Below are positions 12,701 through 22,399 of a DNA stretch of 64,000 nucleotides, in pieces; positions within the stretch are counted from its first letter, which is position 1, and each line of letters opens with the position of its first letter. The DNA is from Sminthopsis crassicaudata. Taxonomy: Eukaryota. The stretch is from assembly GCF_048593235.1 (NCBI RefSeq), contig NC_133618.1:48022478-48086477 (forward strand), written 5' to 3'. A program made the position numbers and the translations under genes. Under the pieces are notes generated by a model. The model saw only the letters and a program-made list of their open reading frames with translations, ran no database searches and was not told the DNA's origin.

Positions 12701-14133
12701 TAGATATACCTATATATTGATATGTTTCACTCCTTGGTTAGAATATATTATTATACCCTTTTGTGGATGAGAAGCTGACAGTCATGAGCAGAAGTGGAAC
12801 TTGACTTTTGACTCTACTAAAACCAATGCTAGCTCTTTTTAAAATTAAATTTTAGTTTTGAAAACAACAAAAATCCATTTTTTCTCCCTCCCACATCCCT
12901 CTTGACAACTGAAAAAAAAAAGAAAAAAAAAAAGAAAACCCTTGTAACAAATATACCTTGCAAAGCAAAACAAATTATGGTATTGGCCATGTCCAGAAAA
13001 AATCTGTCTCAGTCAGCACCAAATGCAGATTGCAGACTCTGTCTCTGTCAGGAATGGGGTCCCATGTTTCATCATGTAGCCTTCTAGAATCATTATCGGT
13101 GAATTTGAGAAGGAGGAAGACAGAAATTCCAGCAAAAAAGATCATTGATGATTTTAGAAAAGGCTATTTCAGTTGAGTGACAAGGTCAGAAGCTAGACCT
13201 AAAAGGGTTGGAAATGGGAGAAGAAAAACTGGAGGTAACAAATGAGTTGAGAAGCAATTAGAGGAGAGAAAATAGGAACAATGAAAAGCACAAATTGCAA
13301 GGAATTTGGCAGAGAGATATCGGACAGTGACTCGAGGGGATGGGAGAGCCTAGTGATGACTCCTCCTAAGGATGGGGAGAGGGGAGTGCATGTTGGCAGC
13401 AGAGACTGCTAGATCAGAGAGCAATGATTGTTTGGGTTACTACTGGAAAGGAAAAGAAAGAACGAGGTACAGAATGCATGTAAATGAGTCAGTCTTGGAT
13501 TTCTTCATCAGAGGCTGGAGTAAGAGGGGAGAAATGGGAGAGGGGTGATGTCCAGGGATTATGAGATATAGAAAAGGGAAGAAGAAGCTCAAGGCAAAGG
13601 GCCTTTATTTTCTCAATAAAGCAAGAGGCCAGGTGTTCAGTTGTGAGTGTTAGAAGGAGGAAAAGAGAAAGTATGAGATGGTTACTATAAGGGACAATCA
13701 GGGAGAAGTAGGATGTAGCTGAGAGTTGAGATCTAAAAAAGAAATGTGCAGTGGATCTGGTCACCATGGTTACACGTGGCTTATCCATCTCTGTTCTTGA
13801 GCATTTCAGGGGACAGGAAAATATTAGAAAGTTCCATTGTGACCTTGGCAAATTCAAGGTCATCATTTTTGAAAACTGTGATTTGTTGTGAGAATCAAAT
13901 GAGCTAACATGTGACACTAAACGCATCACGCTAAAGTAATTACTATTATCATGTCTCCTATTCCTTCTGTTAAGCTATCCCATGTATCTGTCAAGTTAGG
14001 TTTATTCTGTGTTCATTTATGTAGGTTTCCCCCAAATGTAAGCTCCTTGAGTACTGATTCACGTTTTTTTATTTGTATTCTCAGCACCTAGGACAGTGCC
14101 CCAGTACATACTATGTGCCTGATAAATGTTCGT

Positions 14134-14139
14134 TTTATT
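14134..14139 (-). terminator. Candidate poly(A) signal of the SDR-like gene
   Basis: tttatt on + (AATAAA on -), about 670 nt past the stop codon at 14806. Confidence 0.5.
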
Positions 14140-14805
14140 GTATTTCCTTTTTTGTGCCGTATCCAGAGGTAAGATTCAGGAGCATCTGCCCCCAAAGAAC
14201 CCTCAGTCAAGGATCAGAAGCAACTTGGAATCCGTACAAATTTTATTAAAAGAGAACAAAGTGATTGGGAGAAATATTGGACAGCTAGAAGGTGAGGAGA
14301 TAGGTTGGTGATATTATCTATCCCTAGCCGGGGGAAATACATCAGAGAAGTTGTCACTGGAAATGGCCCAGCCAAGAATCAGACCAGGCCAGTTAAGTAT
14401 TCTAGGACATAGAAGGCATTGAGAGTAGAAGAGGGGAGGATGGTGGGATGGGGGATGGGAAGACCATTGTTTCTAGATAAGGATGTTTTTCCAGGGGCTG
14501 ATGGTGTGGGGAATCATTCTCTGTGTTTCTCATCTTTTCAATTGCTCTTACCCTGTCTCCCTGATCTCTGGTCCCCTGGGATAGCAGTCAGGGAGAGGGG
14601 CTAATACTCAGATGGCTACAGATGCTACTTCTTAGGAAATGCTCTGGTACGTGACACAGAAATCAGGAGGTTCACTACAGGACGACCTAGGCTAAGGGAG
14701 CTTTTTCAACCCTTGGAATCCTCCATTGAGAGGAGGAGGAATGGCGAGGGGTGTTGATAGTGGCCAGCTGGAGAGGGGTGCATGCTTCCTGGGAGGAGGT
14801 AGGGG

Positions 14806-14982
14806 TCACAGCTTCCCATCTGAGGTCAAGACCTGAAGATCAGCAGGGGAGTTTACACACAGCACAGTGTGTGAGACAGCAAGCTTATCCACCAGGGAGG
14901 CCACAGCCTGGCCCACCTCCAGGTGGCTGACATAGCCAGGAGCCAGTGCTTCGGGGAGTGCAACCCCCATATTGATCTTCAC
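14806..14982 (-). CDS. SDR-like Rossmann-fold protein, exon 6 (last)
   Basis: Acceptor ctgcccaccatccag, phase 0. VKINMGVALPEALAPGYVSHLEVGQAVASLVDKLAVSHTVLCVNSPADLQVLTSDGKL*. Confidence 0.88.
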   Translation of the reverse strand: MKINMGVALPEALAPGYVSHLEVGQAVASLVDKLAVSHTVLCVNSPADLQVLTSDGKL

Positions 14983-15117
14983 CTGGATGGTGGGCAGAAA
15001 AAGACATCATCGGCCTCTCTCTTCCCCATTTAGAACACAGTTCAATGGAAGATGGGGGGGTTGGCCCATTTAAGGCTCAACTCAAGTATATCCTCCTATA
15101 AAAAGCTCCTCTCCAGT

Positions 15118-15523
15118 NNNNNNNNNNNNNNNNNNNNNNNNNNNNNNNNNNNNNNNNNNNNNNNNNNNNNNNNNNNNNNNNNNNNNNNNNNNNNNNNNNN
15201 NNNNNNNNNNNNNNNNNNNNNNNNNNNNNNNNNNNNNNNNNNNNNNNNNNNNNNNNNNNNNNNNNNNNNNNNNNNNNNNNNNNNNNNNNNNNNNNNNNNN
15301 NNNNNNNNNNNNNNNNNNNNNNNNNNNNNNNNNNNNNNNNNNNNNNNNNNNNNNNNNNNNNNNNNNNNNNNNNNNNNNNNNNNNNNNNNNNNNNNNNNNN
15401 NNNNNNNNNNNNNNNNNNNNNNNNNNNNNNNNNNNNNNNNNNNNNNNNNNNNNNNNNNNNNNNNNNNNNNNNNNNNNNNNNNNNNNNNNNNNNNNNNNNN
15501 NNNNNNNNNNNNNNNNNNNNNNN
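15118..15523. other. Assembly gap (406 N) in intron 5 of the SDR-like gene
   Basis: Run of N; the exons on either side join in frame without it. Confidence 0.99.
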
Positions 15524-16295
15524 TATCAGTTAACAAGCAACTATTAAATATCTACTCTATGACAGGCACTGCTTCCATGCTACCCACTATGTTTACACCT
15601 TCCCTTCTTCAAATGCCATGTTTGCCTCAGTTTCCTCACAGTAAAATGAGTTGGAGAAGGGAATGGCAAACCATCCCAGAACATTAATACACTACAATAG
15701 AGCCATCAAGCCATTTGCCCCAAGGTAGGAAATGTAGAGAGCACAGGCAATAATATTATCATACCATCCATACTTCCTGGTGTCTTGAATGAATTCTTAC
15801 CCCCCCACCCCTGCCATATACACACACACTGGGCCTCCATAACACATATACTGATGATTGCCTCAGGCACAAAAATCACTCATAGCTCTGCAAATTCATC
15901 CTAATTTTACAAAATCCAACCCAAATGCCACTTTCTCTATGAAGTATTCCCTGATCCCTCAGCCAGTAAAGACCTTTTCCTCCTTAGATCTTACATAACA
16001 GCTCACACCTCTCTTCTGTGCTCATCAGATATTGTTTGTATTACAGCCAGCTGCATCCCTCTTCTAGACCCTGAGTCCAGGGGAGCAGGGGCCGTGTCTT
16101 TCCTAAAATCTTCCTGTCTCTTCCAGAACTAGCCCAGGGGGGCTGACTTGAATACTGATATCTTCTGCTTCCTTTTTTTGTGCCCTATCCAGAGGTAAGA
16201 TTCAGGAGCATCCACCCCCAAAGAACCCTCAGTTCTTTCCCTCCCTGCTCTCCACCTCAGATGCCTGATACAGACATTTCCCTAGGGCCCCTTAC

Positions 16296-16420
16296 CTCAT
16301 TCAGCTTACAGGGTACATCAGGGTATTCCTCACGAACCACCTTGCTGAAGGATAGAGCCCCTGCGGCCCCCAGGGTGAGGAAGCCTGTGCCCGGCCTGAG
16401 CAAATGATCTCCTGCCCCCC
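16296..16420 (-). CDS. SDR-like protein, exon 5
   Basis: Acceptor ccactctcttctag (phase 1), donor GAG|gtaagg (phase 0). (G)GAGDHLLRPGTGFLTLGAAGALSFSKVVREEYPDVPCKLNE. Confidence 0.88.
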
Positions 16421-16560
16421 CTAGAAGAGAGTGGAAAGGTGGGATAGAAGCTGGGCAAATGATCTCCTGCCCCCCCTAGAAGAGAGTGGAAAGGTGGGAT
16501 AGAAGCTGGGCAAATGATCTCCTGTCCCCCCCAGAAGAGAGTGGAAAGGTGGGATAGAAG
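16400..16560. repeat. 55-bp tandem repeat x3 spanning the exon-5 splice acceptor
   Basis: Unit gcaaatgatctcctgccccccctagaagagagtggaaaggtgggatagaagctgg starts at 16400, 16455 and 16510; the third copy has 2 substitutions. Confidence 0.97.
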
Positions 16561-16693
16561 TAGGGCATCCAGTTGTGAGGTGAGACAGAAGGGGATCACT
16601 CTGCTGGGGCTCCCCCACCCCCAGGGGACTCTAGAATGGCACCGACCTGTTGGTCACCTTGCTTATTGCTCAGTTCCAGGGGCAGAGCCTCAC

Positions 16694-16790
16694 CTGTGAT
16701 AAAAGTGTATGAGCCCCTCGGGTTCTCCCAGACCAGGGGAAAGAAGGCTTTCCAAGCAGTGAAGGTACTCAGGAGCAAGGTCTCCAGGAC
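16694..16790 (-). CDS. SDR-like protein, exon 4
   Basis: Acceptor ctcctgcttag (phase 0), donor ACAG|gtgagg (phase 1). VLETLLLSTFTAWKAFFPLVWENPRGSYTFIT(G). Confidence 0.9.
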
Positions 16791-16902
16791 CTAAGCAGGA
16801 GGGAGCTTTTTCTTAGCTACAATTCTCCTTGCCTTTCCTTCTCGCCCTCCCCCACTGCTATCCTCTTCCCTTGTTCCTCCCTCTCCTCACAGCCCCTCTT
16901 AC

Positions 16903-17042
16903 CCACTGTAGTTCCTTCAGGCTCTGAGTGTGGGGTGCTCCCCCTTGCCACCAGCTGAAGCCCAAAGAGGAGACCACATCAGTGACCTTCCTGCCTCCTT
17001 CCAGCAAGGACACCTTCGCTGCTTCTGCTCCATCCTCAGTGC
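16903..17042 (-). CDS. SDR-like protein, exon 3
   Basis: Acceptor ttccctctgcag (phase 1), donor TGG|gtaaga (phase 0). (S)TEDGAEAAKVSLLEGGRKVTDVVSSLGFSWWQGGAPHTQSLKELQW. Confidence 0.9.
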
Positions 17043-18152
17043 CTGCAGAGGGAAAGGGAGCCAAGGGGGTGGGTAAGAGACTGGAGCTCTCCCTTCCCTC
17101 TGTCCTGTCTTGGAGAAAGCTACTGAGAAGTTCTCTGAAGACAGCCACATTTCTCTAGGAGAGAGCGTGTCAGGGTACCTAAGGGAAGGAGTATTCTTCA
17201 TTTGTCATTCCTAGATCATCCTAGCCCCAGATCGCTCTTAGGAGCTGCCCAAAATTGGGGAGCCCCAGAGCAGCCTCTTGCTGTGCCATAGTGTTTGCCC
17301 TCTGGAGTCAGAGGACCAGGATTCAAATCCCATTTCCAACACTTACTATCCCTGTGATTTGGGCCAAATGTTTAATCTCTATGGGCCTCGATTTCTTCAA
17401 TCATCTACGAATGGAAAGAGTTCTGGACCTGTCCTCAGGGGCCTGGATCCTTTTCAGATGGGAGCAGGATAAGATGGCCACTGAAAGCCCTTTCGGTTCT
17501 GAAATTCAGGCCTGTGATGTGAATTCAAATCCGGCTCTTCTCTGAACAAGCTGCTGGTTAAACAGCTCTGGGGTTGTTTTCTTATCTGTAAACTGAAGAG
17601 GTGTATTAACTCACAGATTTAGAGCTGGATATGATTCCCTTCTGGATACTTTATACTCTTTACAAACTGAATGACTTTTCTCTTTGTCAGCCAACAGGTA
17701 TTTATTAAACACTTACTGTTTGCAGGGCCCTGTGTTCTCCTGCCTCTATGCCTTTGCTTATGTTATTCCCTATGTTTATGATGTCCCCCACTTCCCAACT
17801 TCAAATGCTATAAATGTAACAAGATGGGATCATCAGGGCTTTGTCCCAAAGGAGACAATGTAGAGAACACAGACAGTAATATCATCAGTACTTCCTAGTG
17901 TCTCAAAGTACCACCCCCCCTTTCAGTGATTGCTCATGGCTACGCAGGTAATGTCAGAAATGGAATATGAACTCAAGTCTTCTGATACCAAATCCAACAC
18001 TCTTTCCACTGCTCTGCCTCCAGAGCAAAAGTTCTTAATTTTCAGTCTGTGAACTTTTTAAAAATTTTAAAATAATATTTTATTTTTCCCCAATTAAATA
18101 TTAAAACAATCTTCCTTTTTCACATTTAAATTTTACTTTTTTTAGGTTTCAC

Positions 18153-18301
18153 TTTCTTTTTTTCTTTTTTCTGAGGCTGGGGTTAGTGACTTGCCCAGGG
18201 TCACACAGCTAAGAAGTGTTAAGTGTCTGAGACCAGATTTGAACTCGGGTCCTCCTGAATTAAAGGCTGATGCTCTATCCACTGCGCCCCCTAGTTGCCC
18301 C
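18153..18301 (-). mobile_element. WSINE1-type CORE-SINE nested in a MITE remnant
   Basis: Reverse complement begins ggggcaactagggggcgcagtggatagagc, has B-box gagttcaaatc and a T-tract tail on +. Confidence 0.9.
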
Positions 18302-18756
18302 TCAGTTTCAATTTCTATCCCTCCAACAGTTTGGCAGAAAAAAAAAATTGACAATTGTATTTTAATAGAATTTATTTCCTTTATAAAACTATGCATTTTA
18401 ATTTGTGCATTTAAAAACATTATTTTGAGGAAGGGGACAGGCTTTACCAGCCTGATTAAAGAGTCCAGCAAAGATTAAAAGCCCTGCTTTAGGGTACTAT
18501 TCCTTTCAGTATTCATGTATGAATCTCTGACTGAAGGTGCTGGATTAAATTCAGGAAGCTCAGAGGCAAGTTCTCACCTTTCTTTCCCCTCAGCCTTCAG
18601 CTTTGGTCCCTGCTGGCTCCTCCCTGTACATTTCTCCCCAGAACACATGAAGAGTTCACATTAGCTCTTGGTGCAAGACCAAGACCCAGCCCCACTGGCA
18701 GGGGCACTCCCAGAACCCCTGTCGCACCCCACCCTAGAGCAGAGGTAGTGACTCAC

Positions 18757-18864
18757 TGACATCCCCGACCACAGTAAACAGGCGATTGTGGGCTTCTGCA
18801 GGTAGGAAGTTCCGAAGCTTCTCCAGGCGTGTGGCATCCCGGGAAATGACAGCAACTTGGAACC
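18757..18864 (-). CDS. SDR-like protein, exon 2
   Basis: Acceptor cctccacctccatag, donor GTCA|gtgagt, phase 1/1. (G)FQVAVISRDATRLEKLRNFLPAEAHNRLFTVVGDV(S). Confidence 0.9.
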
Positions 18865-20596
18865 CTATGGAGGTGGAGGAAGGTCAGGAGGTAGAATCAA
18901 GAATCTACAGGGTGGGATCCCACTGGCCAAAAGTGTGGCCAGGAGAATCTCTGTCAAAGCTGGCCCTATACACAAATGAATCCCAGAAATTTAGAATTAG
19001 AAGCCCCAGAAACCATCTGATCCAAATAACATGAGAAAGTAAAATTAGAGGAGACGAGAATTCAAATCTCAATTGTCACTTCCTTTAATTTTAGGCAAGG
19101 CTTCCTTACTTGGGCTTTGATTTTCTCATCTCTAAAATGAGAGAGCTGATAGATGAAGATTATGGAATAATATTATTCTTCTGTAAAAATTGATGAACAA
19201 GCTGATTTTAGAAAGGCCTGGAAAGATTTACACAAAGTGACACTGAGTGAAACAAGCAGAACCAGTAATGCATTGTACACAATGATAGCAAATATATTTG
19301 ATGATCAACTATGAAAGACTTGGTTATTCTTAGTGGTTCAGTGATCCAAAGCAATCCCAATAGACTTTGGACAGAAAATGCCATCTGTAGCCAGAAAAAG
19401 AACTGTGGAGACTGAATATAAATCAACACATTTCACTTCTTTTTTTTTTTCCTCTCCCATGGTTTTTCTTTTTTGGTTTGCTTTTCCTCTCTCAATATGG
19501 TTCATAAAGCAATGTGTATTAAAAATAAATAAATTTTCAAAAATTTAAAACAAAAAAAATGAGCTGGGAGATATCAAAGTCAAAGGAGACCAGGGTTCAA
19601 GTATCAGCTCTGCTAGTTCCTTTAACATTAGACAAAGCTTCTCCGACTTGGGCTTCCATTTCCTCATCTCTAAAAGGAGAAAGCTTGAAGACTCAGAGTC
19701 ACTTCATCTTTGTTTTGTCTGTTTGTTTCATTGGGGCTTAGGAAGCCCATAGAATTCTCAGAATGATTAATATTTCTAAAATTCATAATTGTTAAATTGC
19801 TGGATTTCACTAAAATATTAGTGAAAATGAAGACTTTTTTTTTCACCCAAGTTCATGGAGCCCCTGAAATATATATGCATGGACTCCAGGTTAAGAATCC
19901 CTGGATTGAATACTTTCTATTTGAATTTTCTAGGACTATAACCATTTCATTTTATGGGCTAAATGATGTCCAGATTTAAATAGTCTGGCCCAGGGTGACC
20001 CAGATAAGGAGTGTGGGAGATGGGGATTGGGAGGATCGGAACCCTGGATCCAGTCCTGCCTGTCCTGGGATCTACAACTGGGATGTTCTCCTTAGGGTTC
20101 TGGCCATTTCTCATCCCATCTCTGCACATCCTTCCCTTTCCAAGTGCACTGGAAAAGAAAGAGCTTTAGAAAAAAAAAAAGCAGCACTTAATCAGCCTCT
20201 ACGGAAATCCCGGGGCTGGATTGGAATGAAAAATATGGGTTTAACTCCTTCCCAGGTGCTGGGAGAGTATCCTTCCAGGATCTTGGGGAGTGAGACTGGA
20301 TTTACATCCCCAGCAAGGTCAAGTGGAAAGCACATCGGATTTGGATTTATAGTCAAAGGACTTCTGTTCAGAATTCGACCTTGCTACTTTCCACCTGTGT
20401 GACCTCTTTGGGTCTCGTATCCCCTTTTGTAAAATGGCAACTTGGACTCAAGTTCCTTCTAGTTCTAAATCCTATGACCCAGGCTTGCTCAATCTGGGAT
20501 TTCCTAATACTCCCACCCTGTATCCACCTGTGGCTTCGAGCTCCCCCCCCCCGGGGGCCATGATCCCCCCCATCACCCTCTCCCCGAATCCCTCAC

Positions 20597-20681
20597 CCTT
20601 CTCCAGGAGCGACTTCACAATCCCAGAGCCCACGGTCCCAGCTCCTCCCAGCACGAGGACCAGGCGCTCAGAAGGGGACAT
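20597..20681 (-). CDS. Short-chain dehydrogenase/reductase-like (NAD(P)-binding Rossmann fold) protein, exon 1; gene = join of 20681-20597, 18864-18757, 17042-16903, 16790-16694, 16420-16296, 14982-14806 (732 nt, 243 aa)
   Basis: ATG with A at -3, donor AAGG|gtgagg. MSPSERLVLVLGGAGTVGSGIVKSLLEK(G) carries the Gly-rich GxxGxxG dinucleotide-binding motif. The six exons join with matching phases and no internal stop. Confidence 0.9.
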
Positions 20682-21589
20682 ACTGCCCGGGAGGATGCCC
20701 TGCAGACCAAGCGAAGGCTGGACGGGGAGGGGATATTAAGTAGAGAAGGTTCCTTAGCCGTCTCGCCCTTGGAGGCCGTCGCTGGCCAATCCCTCAGCAC
20801 TCTGTAGGGAGTGGCTCCGCCCCCCGGGCTGTCAGCCAACTCCCGAATCTCGCCTTCTGATTTCCTAGATCTCCTAAGTAGTCGGTCTGGGACGTGGAAC
20901 TGCAAAGCAGTTTGCAAATTATAGGCTCGAACTCTCAGCTTACGGAGAGGGCAAGAAAATTGCCCGGAATCCTAGGTCAACTCTTCCAATCCGTCCCACA
21001 ACAATTATTTCCCTCTCCAACAACAGCTGGCATCTATGTAATGCTTGAAAAAGCTTTGCAAAGCACTTTCTATGATGTTTCACTTGATTCTCACAACCAT
21101 CTTGTAGGTATTTTTATTATCTCCATTTTACAAATGAAGAAACTGAGATTTAAAGGGACCGAATTTCAGGCCAGTCTTGTGATGGAGAGAGCCATCTGCA
21201 CCCAGAGAAAGGATTGTGGGAACTGGGTGTGGATCACAACACAGCATTCTCACTCTTCTTGTTTGCTTGTATTTTGTTTTCCTTCTCATTTTTCCCCTTT
21301 TTGATCTGATTTTCTTGTGCTGCATGATAATTGTGGAAATACATATAGAAGAATTGCACATGTTTGACATCTAGGGCAGAGGGTGGGGAGAAAGGGAGGG
21401 AAAAAATTTGGAACACAAAGTTTTGTAAAGGGTGAATGTTGAAAATTATCCACGAATATATTTTGAAAATAAAAAGCTTTAGTTAAAAAGGGGAGGGGGA
21501 CCAAATTTGAACTCAGGTCTTAGTGGCTTTCAGGTCTTTTCCATGCACCTACTTGTCTCACCAAACTTCTTCAACAAGTGGTCATCCAT

Positions 21590-21770
21590 CAAATAATAGT
21601 TGTCGTTTTTCAGCCGTGTTCAACTCCTTGTTTTCTTGGCAAAAATGCTGGGAGCGATTTGCCATTTCCTTCTCCAACCCGTTTTACAGATAAGAAAACT
21701 GAGGCAAACAGGGTTAAGTGACTTGCCCAGCGTCACACAGCCAATGCCTGAGACTGTATCTGAACTACTG
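21590..21770 (-). mobile_element. Mar1-type marsupial SINE
   Basis: gcgatttgccatttccttctcc...ttttacagataagaaaactgaggcaaacagggttaagtgacttgcccag. A MIR-like element follows at ~21800-22060. Confidence 0.7.
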
Positions 21771-22399
21771 AAGAGCACTCTGTCCAGTGAGTCTTCTAGT
21801 AGCTAATAATAACAACAATAGTAACGGTAGCTAGCATTTATAAAGGGATTATTATATGCAGGTACTGTGCTAAACACTTTACAAACATTCTATCATTTGA
21901 TCCTCACAACAACCCTGGAAGGTAGATACTATCATTATCACCCCTGTTTTACATTTGAGGAAACTGAGGCAGAAAGAGATTAAATGACTTGCTCCGAGTC
22001 ACCCACGTAAGACACCCAAGGGTGTGAGGCAGAATCTGAATTCAGGTCTTGCTGCCTTTGGTGGCAAAGGGATGGCATCCGGGGCCTGGAGTCTGAGCGC
22101 GGCGACTTGCGGCTTGTGGTCCTCGGCTCTATCCGCTGACCGGCCTCGCTGTCTCGGAGTCCTTGGGAATTCACTCCACATTTGGAGAGCGCTTTCTGCA
22201 CACTAAGCCCAAAATAACCTTTCTCCAGTTTCTGCCCTGGATTTTGCCGTTCTTCGGAGACTGGCATCAGGCCCGATGGTTTGGCCTCCAAACTCCGGTG
22301 CTTTCTATGTCCCAATGGCTTTCCTTTTTCCCAGAGCGCACTGTAGAACAGCATCAAAAAGCTGAGGTTTCTATGGCCACGACCCACCTCCAAGCCCTG

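Noticed and set aside
15052-15687. ORFs spanning the N run, and the idea that the gap hides an SDR exon
   Set aside because: The ORFs are artefacts of N translation, and exons 5 and 6 join in frame into a contiguous SDR-like sequence without the gap.
16400-16560. Regularly spaced repeats (also 54604-54802 and 60395-60590) as CRISPR-like arrays
   Set aside because: Eukaryotic DNA, and the units are head-to-tail without unique spacers; they are ordinary tandem duplications.
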